A stretch of DNA of 64,000 bases from an uncultured bacterium (GTDB lineage Bacteria; Desulfobacterota; Binatia; HRBIN30; CADEER01). How positions within the stretch are numbered: position 1 is the first letter of the stretch; each line of letters starts with the position of its first letter. The notes beneath the pieces were generated by a model. The model saw only the letters and a program-made list of their open reading frames with translations. It made no database searches and was not told where the DNA came from. The stretch covers positions 295,825 to 359,824 of the forward strand of contig CAVWTK010000003.1 in NCBI GenBank assembly GCA_963757755.1, read 5' to 3'. Positions 1-9,444 of this stretch are shown piece after piece. A program made the position numbers and the translations under genes.

Positions 1-638
1 CGATAGGCGGCGGTGAAGAGCGCCTCGGCGCGCACCTCCACCGCATAGGCGAGGCCGGCCGGCAGGCGCTCGAGAAACGCGTGGAGCCGTTCGACGAAGC
101 GCAGCGGTCCGCCGATCGGTCCGAGCGGTTGCGGCGGAAACTGGAAGACGAGCACGCCCGCCTTCCCGCCCAGACCGCCGGCGAGCGGCGCGCAGATGGC
201 ATCGGTGGCGTAGCCGGGGTCGAGGAAGGCAGCGCTGCGCGCGCCGCGTTGCTCGCCGTGGCGCGGGTGATCCGGGAAGCGCGCGGTGGTCAGGGCCTCC
301 GGCGCTTTGACCAGGAAGCGGAAGTCCTCCGGGACGGCAGCGGCGTAGGTGGCGAAGTCCTCGGCGGTGATCGGCGCGTAGAACGTGCGGTCGACGCCGA
401 CCGTGCGCAGCAGCGGATGGCGAGCGTAGGCGGCGAGACCGCGCCGCGCGAGCGTCGCCGTGCTGGCCTCGCGGTCATAGACGATGCCCGCCCAGCCCGG
501 GAACGACCACGACGACGTGCCGAGGCGGATGATGCGCGGCAGGCGGCCGGCGAGCGCGGCGAGCTCCGGGGACGCCGCGGCCGGGCCGACGCCGCGCGAC
601 GGTGGCGGCGCGCCGAAGAGGTCGAGCTGGGTGGGCAC
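1..638 (-). CDS. DUF72 (UPF0759/YecE-like) family protein, C-terminus cut by window edge
   Basis: Absent from the ORF track because it runs off the window. My minus-strand translation from GTG at 638-636 (in-frame TAG just upstream) reads [67 protein letters not shown]. The GTSxW....W and TFY patterns are typical of DUF72. Confidence 0.6.
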   Translation of the reverse strand, partial: MPTQLDLFGAPPPSRGVGPAAASPELAALAGRLPRIIRLGTSSWSFPGWAGIVYDREASTATLARRGLAAYARHPLLRTVGVDRTFYAPITAEDFATYAAAVPEDFRFLVKAPEALTTARFPDHPRHGEQRGARSAAFLDPGYATDAICAPLAGGLGGKAGVLVFQFPPQPLGPIGGPLRFVERLHAFLERLPAGLAYAVEVRAEALFTAAY

Positions 639-644
639 TAGCTA

Positions 645-870
645 GTGGCCTGTACCAGCGGAATCGGCAGCAGCGATTCGCAGGGACTCTACGGGTTCAT
701 CTGTTCCCGCATGCCCCGAGTGCGAGCAGAGCGAGCGTATCGAGGGGGCGATATGCGACGGCGCCAGGGCGTCCCCTCGATACGCTCGCTCCGCTCGCAC
801 TCGGGGTATGCGGGGATGGGGATGTATCAGGTCGAGGATCACCACTACCGATTCCATTGATACAGGCCAC
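645..870. repeat. 226-bp nested palindromic element (MITE-like or structured RNA) between photolyase stop and DUF72 start
   Basis: The outer 31-nt arms 645-675 and 840-870 are reverse complements with 7 differences, all transitions. The inner 34-nt arms 714-747 and 773-806 are reverse complements with 1 transition, around a loop of about 25 nt. GCTA directly flanks both ends (641-644 and 871-874). Confidence 0.8.
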
Positions 871-871
871 G

Positions 872-2283
872 CTAGCGCGGCGGCTTCCCGGAAGCGCGCG
901 CGGCCTCGTAGCGGGCGACCGCGGCGATGCGGCGCTCGGCGTGGTCGACGATCGGCGGGGGATAGTCGCGCGGTGGGCTCGGCGCCTGCCACGGCGTGTG
1001 GACGAACGCGAGATCCACGTCGCGCAGCTCGGGCACGTATCGGCGCACGTAGGCGCCGTCGGGATCGAAGCGCCGTCCCTGCAGCACCGGGTTGAAGATG
1101 CGGAAGTACGGCTGCGCGTCGGTGCCGGTCGACGCGGCCCACTGCCAGCCGCCGTTGTTCGAGGCGGGGTCGCCGTCGACGAGGTGGCGCATGAAGGCGC
1201 GCTCACCGTCGCGCCAGTCGAGGAGCAGATCCTTGGTGAGGAAGCTGGCGACGATCATGCGCGCCCGGTTGTGCATCCAGCCGGTCTGCAGCAGTTGGCG
1301 CATCGCGGCGTCGACGAACGGGTAGCCGGTGCGCCCTTCGCACCAGGCGCGAAAGCCCGCGTCGTCGTCGTTCCAGGCGACGGCGGCGAACTCGCGCCGG
1401 AAGGCGCCGCCGAGGACGCGCGGGTGCTCGGCGAGCAGCGCCGCGTAGAACTCGCGCCAGATGAGCTCGTCCAGCCATTTCGTCGCGCCGGCGGCGGCGC
1501 TCGGTTCGTCCGTCGCGAGTGCCAGCGCCTGCTGCACGCAGCGGCGGATCGAGATGGTGCCGAACCGCAGGTGCGGCGAGAGGCGCGAGGTCCCGTCGCG
1601 GTCGGGGCGGTCGCGGTCGCGCACATAGTCGCGCGCCGGCCCGATCAGGAAGCGCCTGAGCCGATCGAGCGCGGCGGCCTCGCCCCCGGGGGGATCTCGG
1701 TGGCGTCGTCGCCGGCGCCGAGCGACGCGGCGTCCGGCAGCGGCGCGGTGGTCAGGCCCGCGACCGGCGGCGGCAGTGTCGGCGCGCGGTGCGTCGGCGT
1801 CGGCGCCTGGCGGTAGCGGGCCAGCCAGGCGTTGCGAAACGGCGTGAAGACGACGAAGCCAGTGGCGCTCTGCGTGCGCACCTCGTCGTGCTCGAAGACG
1901 ACGCGATCCTTGTGGTCGTCCACCACCACGCCGCGCTTCTGCGCGGCGGCGCGGACCGCGAGATCGCGGCGGCGCGCATACGGCGTGTAGTCGCGGTTGA
2001 AGGTGAGCCGGTCGGCGCGCGTCTCGTCGAGCAGACGGGCGACCTCGGTGCGCGGATCGCCGACGCGCACGACCAGCCGGGAGCCGTGATGGGCGAGGTT
2101 GGCGGCGAGACTGGCGAGGCACGCGGCGAGAAAGCGCCGCCGCGGCGGGCTCACATGGACGCGGGTCAGGAGCGCGCGATCGAGCACGAAGAGGGGGATG
2201 AGCTCGTCGCCGCGCGCCGCCGCGCCGAGCGCGGCGTTGTCGTGCAGGCGCAGATCGTTGCGAAACCAGTGCACGACGCGCAT
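872..2283 (-). CDS. phr: deoxyribodipyrimidine (CPD) photolyase, one apparent frameshift
   Basis: The N-terminal half is in ORF 1645..2418 (MRVVHWFRNDLRLHDNAAL, ATG at 2283). The FAD-binding half is in ORF 872..2503 (WREFY, TGYPFVDAAMRQL, GWMHNRARMIVASFL, GGWQWAASTG). The frames join at EIPPG|GEAAALDRL inside a C5G6 run at 1683-1693. Confidence 0.85.
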
Positions 2284-2360
2284 CCGCAGACGATACCGGC
2301 GGGTCCCGGTCCTGCAAGCCCTCTGTGGCTCTCCGTGCGCCGCTGTGGTGAAAGCGTCCG

Positions 2361-3194
2361 ATGCACGACGCCGAGGAGATCGAGCGCCGCCGCGACCGTC
2401 CGTTCCGGCGTCTGCCATCGTTGCGGGTCGCCGGTCGCCAGCGCGCCGCGCGGTTCCTCGACGAGGCGGGGCTCGCGTCGCTGTTCGCGTACCGGCAGCT
2501 CAACCTGCCGTGCCTGTGGGTCGCGGTGTGCGGGCGCCGCGATCCGGTCTTCCCGCACCACAGCCATCACGATCCCGAGGTCGCGCTCGCGTGGAACCTG
2601 AAGGACCAGCTGCCGGCGGCGGGGCGGGTCTTCTACGGCAAGCTGCTGCGCGGCAAGCCGACCTTCGTCGCCTGGTCGCTCTTCCCGGCGGTGTACCGCC
2701 TCTTCGGGCCGCGCACCGACTACGGCGCCGCCTATCGCGCCGGTCTCCTGTCGCCGTCGGCAAAGGCGATCCTCGACGCGCTGCATCGGAAGCGGCCGCA
2801 GGATACGCTGTCACTGAAGCTCGCCACCAACCTGGCGCGCCCGACCCAGCGCCGCGCTTTCGACGCCGCGATGGCCGAGCTGCAACAGACGCTGCACATC
2901 TGCATGGTCGAGGTGCGGTACGAGCCGTTCACCTACGTCTGGGACCTGGTCGCGACGCGTCACGCCGCGCGCCTGCGCGGCGTACGGCGGCTGAGCGAGG
3001 TCGAGGCGGCGGCGACGGTGCTGCGCCACTATCTGCGGACGGCGATCGCGGCGACGCCGAACGACGTCGCGCTGGTGGTCGGCAGCAGGGGACGAGCCGA
3101 CGCTGCGATAGCGGCGTTGGCGGACGAGGGCGTCGTCGAGCCAGGAGCGTCGATTCGCGGGCGCAGCGGGAAGTGGATGGTGTGGAAGGAGTGA
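2361..3194 (+). CDS. hypothetical protein (conserved-looking, function unknown)
   Basis: An intact 277-aa ORF divergent from the photolyase, with non-low-complexity composition. I see no motif I can name confidently. The start is uncertain. Confidence 0.5.
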   Translation: MHDAEEIERRRDRPFRRLPSLRVAGRQRAARFLDEAGLASLFAYRQLNLPCLWVAVCGRRDPVFPHHSHHDPEVALAWNLKDQLPAAGRVFYGKLLRGKPTFVAWSLFPAVYRLFGPRTDYGAAYRAGLLSPSAKAILDALHRKRPQDTLSLKLATNLARPTQRRAFDAAMAELQQTLHICMVEVRYEPFTYVWDLVATRHAARLRGVRRLSEVEAAATVLRHYLRTAIAATPNDVALVVGSRGRADAAIAALADEGVVEPGASIRGRSGKWMVWKE

Positions 3195-3220
3195 GCCGGT
3201 GAGCCAGTGAGCCGGTGAGC
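3191..3220. repeat. REP-like half element, family A (GTGAGCC units)
   Basis: The sequence gtgagccggtgagccagtgagccggtgagc starts inside the TGA stop of the upstream gene. Only one arm is present. Confidence 0.6.
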
Positions 3221-3252
3221 GGCGCCCTCCACCAATCACCGGCGCAGGCTCT

Positions 3253-6200
3253 TCAGCTCCACCGCCGTCTCGCGACCGCGAGCAGCGCCGCGAGCGCACT
3301 GACGACCGCCCACGGCAGCATCGTCGGTGCGGGAGCTGGTCGGCCGACGACGGTCGAGCTGCCGCCGCCGCTGCCGCCGCCCGCGGCATCCCTGATGATC
3401 ACCGTGTTGGTGATCGTCAGCGATTGCGGGTGCGCGTCGACCGTGACGGCAAACAGCAGCGTGCCCATCCCGCCCGACGGGACGTTGGCAACGGCATGCG
3501 TGCACATCGTCCCCGCGGGGCCGCCGTCGAGGCAGGACCAGCCGGGAGTGCCGGCGGCGGCGTTGAAGGTCGTCGAGCCAGGCACCGTCTCCGTGACGAC
3601 GACGCCCGTGGCCGTGCTGCCGCCGGTGTTCGTGTAGGTGATCGTGTAGACCAGCGTGGCGCCGGCCTCGACGAACGGCTCGCTGGTCTTGGTGATCCCC
3701 AGCATCGCCGGTCCGGGCGTAGTGGTGGGTGTGCCCGACGCGGTCGCGGTCGGGGTCGAAGACGTCGTCGGTGTCGCGCTGGCGGTGAGCGTGGCCAACG
3801 GGGTGCTCGTTTCGGTGGTGGTCCGCGTCTGGGTGGCGGTGCCGGTCGCGGTGATGGTGGCCGTGGCGGTGGGGCTGACCAGCGGCGTCGCCGTCGCCGA
3901 CTCGGTCGGCGTCTGACTGGCCGTCGTCGACGGCGTCATGGTGGTTGTACCGGTGGGCGTCCGCGTCGCGGTTGCCGTCGCGCTGAACGTCGCCGTCGCC
4001 GTGACGGTATCGACCGGCGTCGCGGTGGCGGTGCCCGTGTTGACCGGCGTCGCCGTCGGCGTGGACATGAGCGTCGGCGTGAGCGTCGCGGTGTCCGACG
4101 GGGTGGTGGTCGCGGTGGCCGTGGCGGTAGCGGTATCGACCGGCGTGGCCGTGGGCGTGCCGGTGTGCGTCGGGGTGATGGTCGCGGTGGCCGTCGCCGT
4201 CGCGGTATCCACCGGCGTGGCGGTGGGTGTCTCGGTCCCGGTTGATGTAGCCGACGCGGTAGCCGTGGCCGTTGCGGTGAAGGTGGAGGTGGACGTCGCC
4301 GTACCGGTCGCCGTTGGCGTGTCCGTCGCAGTCGGTGTGGCGCTCGCCGTTTCGGTCGGTGTCGCGGTCGCCGTCGGCGTGCTCGTGTGAGTGGCGGTGA
4401 CAGTGTCGGTGGCGGTGCCAGTCGCCGTCGGGGTGACCGTGGCGGTACCGGTGTCGGTCGCCGTCGCCGACGGCGTGTGGGTGGCCGTCGCGGTCTGGGT
4501 GTCCTCTGGTGTCCGCGTGGGCGTGGCCGTCGCCGTGACGGTGGGCGTCTGGGTCACCGTGCCGGTCTGGGTCGCCGTGGCGGTCTGCGTGTTCTCGGGT
4601 GTGCGCGTGGAGGTGGCCGTCGCCGTGGTGCTGGGCGTCTGCGTCACCGTGCCGGTCTGGGTCACCGTGCCGGTTTGGGTCGCCGTGGCGGTCTGGGTGT
4701 TCTCCGGTGTGCGCGTGGACGTCGACGTCGCGGTGGTGCTGGGCGTCTGCGTCACCGTGCCGGTGCGGGTCGCCGTGGCGGTCTGCGTGTTCTCGGGTGT
4801 GCGCGTGGAGGTGGACGTCGCCGATGGTGCTGGGCGTCTGCGTCACCGTGCCGGTCTGGGTCACCGTGCCGGTTTGGGTCGCCGTGGCGGTCTGGGTGTT
4901 CTCGGGTGTGCGCGTGGACGTCGACGTCGCGGTGGTGCTGGGTGTCTGCGTCACCGTGCCGGTCTGGGTCGCCGTGGCGGTCTGGGTGTTCTCGGGTGTG
5001 CGCGTGGACGTCGACGTCGAGGTTGAGTTGGGCGTCTGCGTCACCGTACCGGTGCTGGTCGCCGTGGCGGTGCGCGTGGTCTCGGGCGTGCGCGTCGACG
5101 TCGCGGTGCCGGTGATCGTGATCGTGATGGTCGGAGTAGCGGTGCTGGTCGCCGTGCTGGAGCGCGTCGCGCTCGGCGTCGGGGTCGCGCCGCACAGGCA
5201 CGCGATGCTGCCGGCAAACTCCGGCTGATGTACCTCGCTGGTCGTCGTGAGCGCGCCGACGGCGACCGATCCTTCGATGGGGTTGCTGCCGCTGACCGTC
5301 GCATAGGGTGCGAGCATGGCGCCGTTGAAGTTATGGCTGCCGAGCGCGATCGACGTCGCCGAAGGGAAATTCCACAGCACGTGACTGCGCCACGTCGGAT
5401 CGGTGAACTGCGAGACCATGTTGCCGAACGTCCAGTTCACCGAGGTGCCGGTGACGTTGATGAGGATCGTCGACGCGCTGCCGGGGGCGAGCTCGATCTG
5501 CTGGACGAGCGTGTTCGCGAAGAGCGCGCCAGCGTCCACGGTGAAGACCGCGATGCCGCAGGCGTTGACCTGGCTGACGGTGAAGCGCGCCGGACCCGGT
5601 TGGCCGCTCGGCAACGTGACGGTGTTGTTGGGCGCGATCGCGGCGAGGTACGCCGTCGAGGCCTGGAGCGTCGCCGTCAGCGGGCCGTTGCTGAGCGTCG
5701 GATCGGCGACCGTCGACCCGCCACCGTTGTAGTTGATGATGCGGCCGTTGGTGGAGCCCTTGATGTGCAGGCTGCCGCCCTGAACGTTGATCGGATTGCC
5801 GGCGACGATGTTGCCCACGATCTCGACGGTCGTCTCGGCGGCCGGCACGCCGCCGAGGTGCGCGGCGAGGGTGGAGGAGTTGGCATTGGTGAAGTTGCCG
5901 CCGATGAACGAGCGGCCCTCGACGTCGGAGCTGGTCGAGTAGTCGCCGAGCGTGATCAGGTTGTAGTGCTGCATCGCCGTCGTCAGATCCTGCAGGACGG
6001 AAGCGCAGGGGGCGATGGTCGGCGTCGCCGTGGTGGTTGTCGTCGGCGTGCGCGTGGCGCCGCTGGTGACGGTCACCGTCGGGGTCGCGGTCGCCGTCCC
6101 GGTGCGGCTCGATGTGATGGTCGGTGTCGATGGACAGCCGGCGAGGGAGGTGGCGACGATGCGGACGAGCTCGTCGATCGTCACCTGGTGGTCGCGGTTC

Positions 6201-6385
6201 AGGTCGCCGGGACAACTGCCCTGCGGGCAGCCCTCGAGGGCGAGGTTGACGGCGCTGATGATCTCCTCGATCCGCACCTGACCGTCGCCGTTGAGGTCTC
6301 CGGGGCATTCATCGGCGCGTCCGAGCCCGGGGAGGGGGGCCAGCGCCAACAGCAGAGAGACCAGCAATACCCGCACAACAGCCAC
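3253..6385 (-). CDS. giant secreted surface protein: signal peptide, 2 dockerin-like modules, choice-of-anchor A domain, Thr/Ala/Pro tandem repeats, DUF11 repeat domain, IPTL/PEP-CTERM-like C-terminal anchor; one frameshift
   Basis: The N-terminal part is in ORF 3236..6385: [37 protein letters not shown], and [24 protein letters not shown] (choice-of-anchor A-like). The C-terminal part is in ORF 3253..4755: [28 protein letters not shown] (DUF11-like), ending [26 protein letters not shown]. The frames switch at about 4824 inside the repeats. The GTG start at 6385 is uncertain by a few codons. Confidence 0.8.
4501..5167 (-). repeat. in-gene tandem repeat, 90-bp unit with optional 18-bp sub-repeat ([21 protein letters not shown][GTVTQT]PSTTATSTS)
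   Basis: The GTTCTC landmark recurs at 4591, 4699, 4789, 4898 and 4988, with variants at 4501 and 5078. The spacings are 90, 108, 90, 109, 90 and 90. The 109-bp unit carries one extra A at about 4824 (GCCGATGG versus GCCGTGG in the sister unit), which is exactly the frameshift. Confidence 0.85.
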
Positions 6386-6431
6386 CCACCCTTGCGGTCA
6401 TCATTAAAGCAGTTCCCGATGCGTTGTCAGC

Positions 6432-6488
6432 CGACATGTGAAATCCCGCGACCACTCGGATGGCTGCGGGATGAATCGACTTGTGAAA
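6432..6488. promoter_or_regulatory. direct repeat CGACWTGTGAAA x2 in divergent promoter region (possible regulator or sigma-factor site)
   Basis: cgacatgtgaaa lies at 6432-6443 and cgacttgtgaaa at 6477-6488, 45 bp apart. They sit in the relatively AT-rich 176-bp gap between the divergent surface-protein and protease genes. Confidence 0.2.
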
Positions 6489-6561
6489 GACGTCGGTATC
6501 GGACAGATTTCAGCGGTCCGTGTGGGCGGGTGGGCCGCGCCACGACAGCAGGGGGTACCTG

Positions 6562-8376
6562 ATGCGGAAACCGCCTCGCGGCGGGGGGATGGGTGCAATG
6601 CGGTGGCGAACCTGGGCACAGGTGGTCGCTGTCGCTGCGCTCTGCCTCGCCGGCGTCGCGGCGGCGACCGAGCGGGTGCGGCTCGACCCGACGGTGCGCC
6701 CGCGCATCGTCAACGGCGTCACCACCCACGCGCATCCGACCACCGGCGCGCTGCTCTACAGCGGCGGCGGCGTGATCGACGAGGACAACGCGGCGACGCG
6801 CTGCTCGGGCACGTTGATCGGCTGCCGCACCTTCCTGGTCGCCGCGCACTGCGTCGACGACGACGCGCACGCCGGCCATTACTGGGTCTATCTGCAAAAC
6901 GCCGGCATCGCCGCGGTCAGCGCCGTCTCGCTCCATCCGGCGTCGTCGGGAGCGACATTCCCGGTGTCCGACGTCGCCGTGCTCCATCTCGCGGATTGGG
7001 TGACCGGCATCGGACCGACCGCGATCAACCTCGTCGACCCGGCGCCGTTCATCCCGGCGGCGGGCACGATCGTCGGCTTTGGCCAGACGCAGGGGAACGC
7101 CAACGACTACGGCATCAAGCGCGTGGGCGCCGTCACGACGGCGAACTGTCCGCCGGGACTGCCGTCGGGCGCCACCGACACCGAGGTCGTGTGCTGGAAT
7201 TTCCACTCGCCGGTCGGTCCGCCGGGCACCGACTCCAACACCTGCAATGGCGACTCGGGCGGACCGCTGTTGATGAACCTCGGCAGCGGCGAGGTCGTCG
7301 CCGCCGTCACCTCGGGCGGCCTCAGCTTCAACTGTCTGGCGAACGACACGAGCTTCGACGCCAGCGTCTCCGACTCGCAGACCTTCCTGCTCGCGCAACT
7401 GTCGGCCGACGACACGACGACCTGCGGCGGGCTGCCGCCGGTGGGCGACGTGCAGAACACGGTCGTCGCCGTCGACGACACGCTCGACTCGCTGGACACG
7501 TCCGACACCTTCACCGTGACCGTGCCCGCCGGCGCCAACGCCCTGCGGGTCGCGCTCAACGGCGAGGACAACGGCGTCTTCAACGTCGATCTCTACGTGA
7601 AGCAGGGGCTGGGTGCCGGGCCCGGCAGCTTCGACTGCAAGGCGGACGGACAGTCGGTCTTCGGCGGCTGCACGATCGAGCATCCGGCGGCCGGCACGTG
7701 GTCGTTGGCGGCGGTGCGCACGCGCGGCGCCGGCGACTACCAGATCACCAGCACCGTCTTCGGTGGGGCCGCGCCGGTCTGCGGCAACGGCACCCGCGAG
7801 TTCGACGAGGCGTGCGACGGCGCCGACGCGGAGCAGTGCAGCGGACTCTGCCAGCCCGACTGCACCTGCCCGGCTCCGGTCTGCGGCAACAACGTGCGGG
7901 AGCAGGGCGAGCAGTGCGACGGTGCCGATGCGCCGGGGTGTCCGGGCGAATGCGACGCCTGCGCCTGTCCGACGCCGTGCACGGTCGGCGACATGTACGA
8001 CGTCAACGCCCGCCTCGACGCCGCCCGGTTGAAGGTGCGCAGCCGCCTGCTCAACTTCACCCACACCTACGACGGCGCCGATCCGCGCAACGGCTTCTCC
8101 CTCGTCCTGACGCAGGGGCCCAACACGCTGACGATCGCGGTTCCCGCGAACGACCCCGGCTGGTTCAAGTCGAAGCCCGACAAGGGCCGTTTCAAATGGG
8201 TCGGGAATCTCAACGGCGTGACGCGCGTCAAGGCCGTCGACCGCAGCAGCCAGCAGGGCATCTGGAAGATCGTCGTGGTCGGGAAGAGCGTCCTCGGCGC
8301 CGGCCTGTTCGACCTCGGCCAGCCGGTCGCGGTGCGGCTGACCCTCGACGGCCGCTGCACCGACGACACGTTCTGA
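6562..8376 (+). CDS. secreted trypsin-like (S1) serine protease with PPC-like domain and two Cys-rich repeats
   Basis: Motifs are IVNG, TLIGCRTFLVAAHC (His), DVAVL (Asp) and CNGDSGGPL (Ser), with signal peptide WAQVVAVAALCLAGVAAA. Two VCGNGxxExGExCD repeats lie at about 7777-7975. AGGGGG precedes the ATG at 6562. Confidence 0.85.
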   Translation: MRKPPRGGGMGAMRWRTWAQVVAVAALCLAGVAAATERVRLDPTVRPRIVNGVTTHAHPTTGALLYSGGGVIDEDNAATRCSGTLIGCRTFLVAAHCVDDDAHAGHYWVYLQNAGIAAVSAVSLHPASSGATFPVSDVAVLHLADWVTGIGPTAINLVDPAPFIPAAGTIVGFGQTQGNANDYGIKRVGAVTTANCPPGLPSGATDTEVVCWNFHSPVGPPGTDSNTCNGDSGGPLLMNLGSGEVVAAVTSGGLSFNCLANDTSFDASVSDSQTFLLAQLSADDTTTCGGLPPVGDVQNTVVAVDDTLDSLDTSDTFTVTVPAGANALRVALNGEDNGVFNVDLYVKQGLGAGPGSFDCKADGQSVFGGCTIEHPAAGTWSLAAVRTRGAGDYQITSTVFGGAAPVCGNGTREFDEACDGADAEQCSGLCQPDCTCPAPVCGNNVREQGEQCDGADAPGCPGECDACACPTPCTVGDMYDVNARLDAARLKVRSRLLNFTHTYDGADPRNGFSLVLTQGPNTLTIAVPANDPGWFKSKPDKGRFKWVGNLNGVTRVKAVDRSSQQGIWKIVVVGKSVLGAGLFDLGQPVAVRLTLDGRCTDDTF

Positions 8377-8407
8377 TCGCGCCGGCCGCGCGAGCCGACT
8401 CTGCGCG

Positions 8408-9295
8408 ATGCGCTGCCGCCGCCCTCACGCCGCCGTCCTGGTCTCGTTGGCGCTGTCGGCGGCGGCCTGCGGCAGCGGCTCGAGCTCGGCCGCGCCCGCC
8501 AACGACGTCGTGCGCCAGCGCATCGAGGCGCTCGCCCCGGCCGCCAACCTGGCGCATCGCGGCAGCGGGCCGACGCGGCCGCTCTCGCCGCTGCCCGAGA
8601 ACTCACTCGCCGCCTATCGCAGCGCCATCGCGCTCGGCGCCGACGGCATCGAGCTCGACGTCGAGCTGACGAGCGACGGCCAGCTGCTCGTCATGCACGA
8701 CGACACGCTCGACCGCACCACCACGTGCGCGGGCTGCGTCAATACCTACACGCTCGCCGCGGCGCAGGACTGCGTGCTGGTCGACGGCCACGGCAACCCC
8801 ACCGACGAGCACCCGCCGACGCTGACCCAGGTCTACGCCGCGTTGCCGCCCGACGCGCTGGTGAACGTCGAGCTCAAGGTCTACGGCGACGAGTGCGGCA
8901 CACCGACGACCGGCGCCGACACGCTGGCGCGCACCGCCGCCGCCGAGATCCGCCGGCTCGGGGCCGCGCGCCGCACGCTCTTCTCGTCGTTCGAGGAGGA
9001 GGCCGTGGTCGCGTTGAAGCGCGCCGATCCCGACCTCTACGCCGCCTGGCTGACCGGCACCGCCAGCCCCGCCGACGTCGCGCACATCGCCGCGATCGGC
9101 CTCGACGCGATCCACCCGACCTGGTCCGGCATCAGCGCCGAGAACGTCGTCGCCGCCCGCGCCGCCGGCCTGCAGGTGAGCCTGTGGACGGTCAACTCGC
9201 GCCCGTTCCTGACCCAGGCGCTCTCCAAACATCCGACCGCGATCATCACGGACGAGCCGGGCGTGTTGGCCGAGCTGTTGAGGGAGATGAAGTAG
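8408..9295 (+). CDS. glycerophosphodiester phosphodiesterase family lipoprotein
   Basis: The lipobox is LALSAAAC. GDPD motifs are LAHRGSG, PENSLAAY and GADGIELDVELTSDGQLLVMHDDTLDRTT. Confidence 0.85.
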   Translation: MRCRRPHAAVLVSLALSAAACGSGSSSAAPANDVVRQRIEALAPAANLAHRGSGPTRPLSPLPENSLAAYRSAIALGADGIELDVELTSDGQLLVMHDDTLDRTTTCAGCVNTYTLAAAQDCVLVDGHGNPTDEHPPTLTQVYAALPPDALVNVELKVYGDECGTPTTGADTLARTAAAEIRRLGAARRTLFSSFEEEAVVALKRADPDLYAAWLTGTASPADVAHIAAIGLDAIHPTWSGISAENVVAARAAGLQVSLWTVNSRPFLTQALSKHPTAIITDEPGVLAELLREMK

Positions 9296-9425
9296 GGGCG
9301 GGGAAGAAGGGGAAAGGCAGAAAGGCAAAGATCAAAAGGCAAAAGAACGTGGGGTGGGGCGACACCCGGCGGATTCCGCCTCCGGCCCTTTCACGTTGGC
9401 CTTTCTGTTTTCCGGTTCCCCGCCC
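9296..9425. repeat. REP-like imperfect hairpin (GGAAAGGCAGAAAGGC-type units) between convergent genes
   Basis: The left arm ggggcggggaagaaggggaaaggcagaaaggc..gaacgtg is at 9296-9351. The right arm cacgttggcctttctgttttccggttccccgccc is at 9392-9425. The element starts right after the TAG at 9293-9295. Confidence 0.7.
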
Positions 9426-9444
9426 GTCAGCGACCCGCAGGCCC

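Noticed and set aside
3236-4800. His/Asp/Arg-rich 'metal-binding-looking' C-terminal half of ORF 3236..6385 ([19 protein letters not shown]...)
   Set aside because: It is the out-of-frame reading of the Thr/Ala/Pro repeat region downstream of the +1 insertion at about 4824. The in-frame continuation (ORF 3253..4755) carries the repeat periodicity, a DUF11 domain and a C-terminal anchor.
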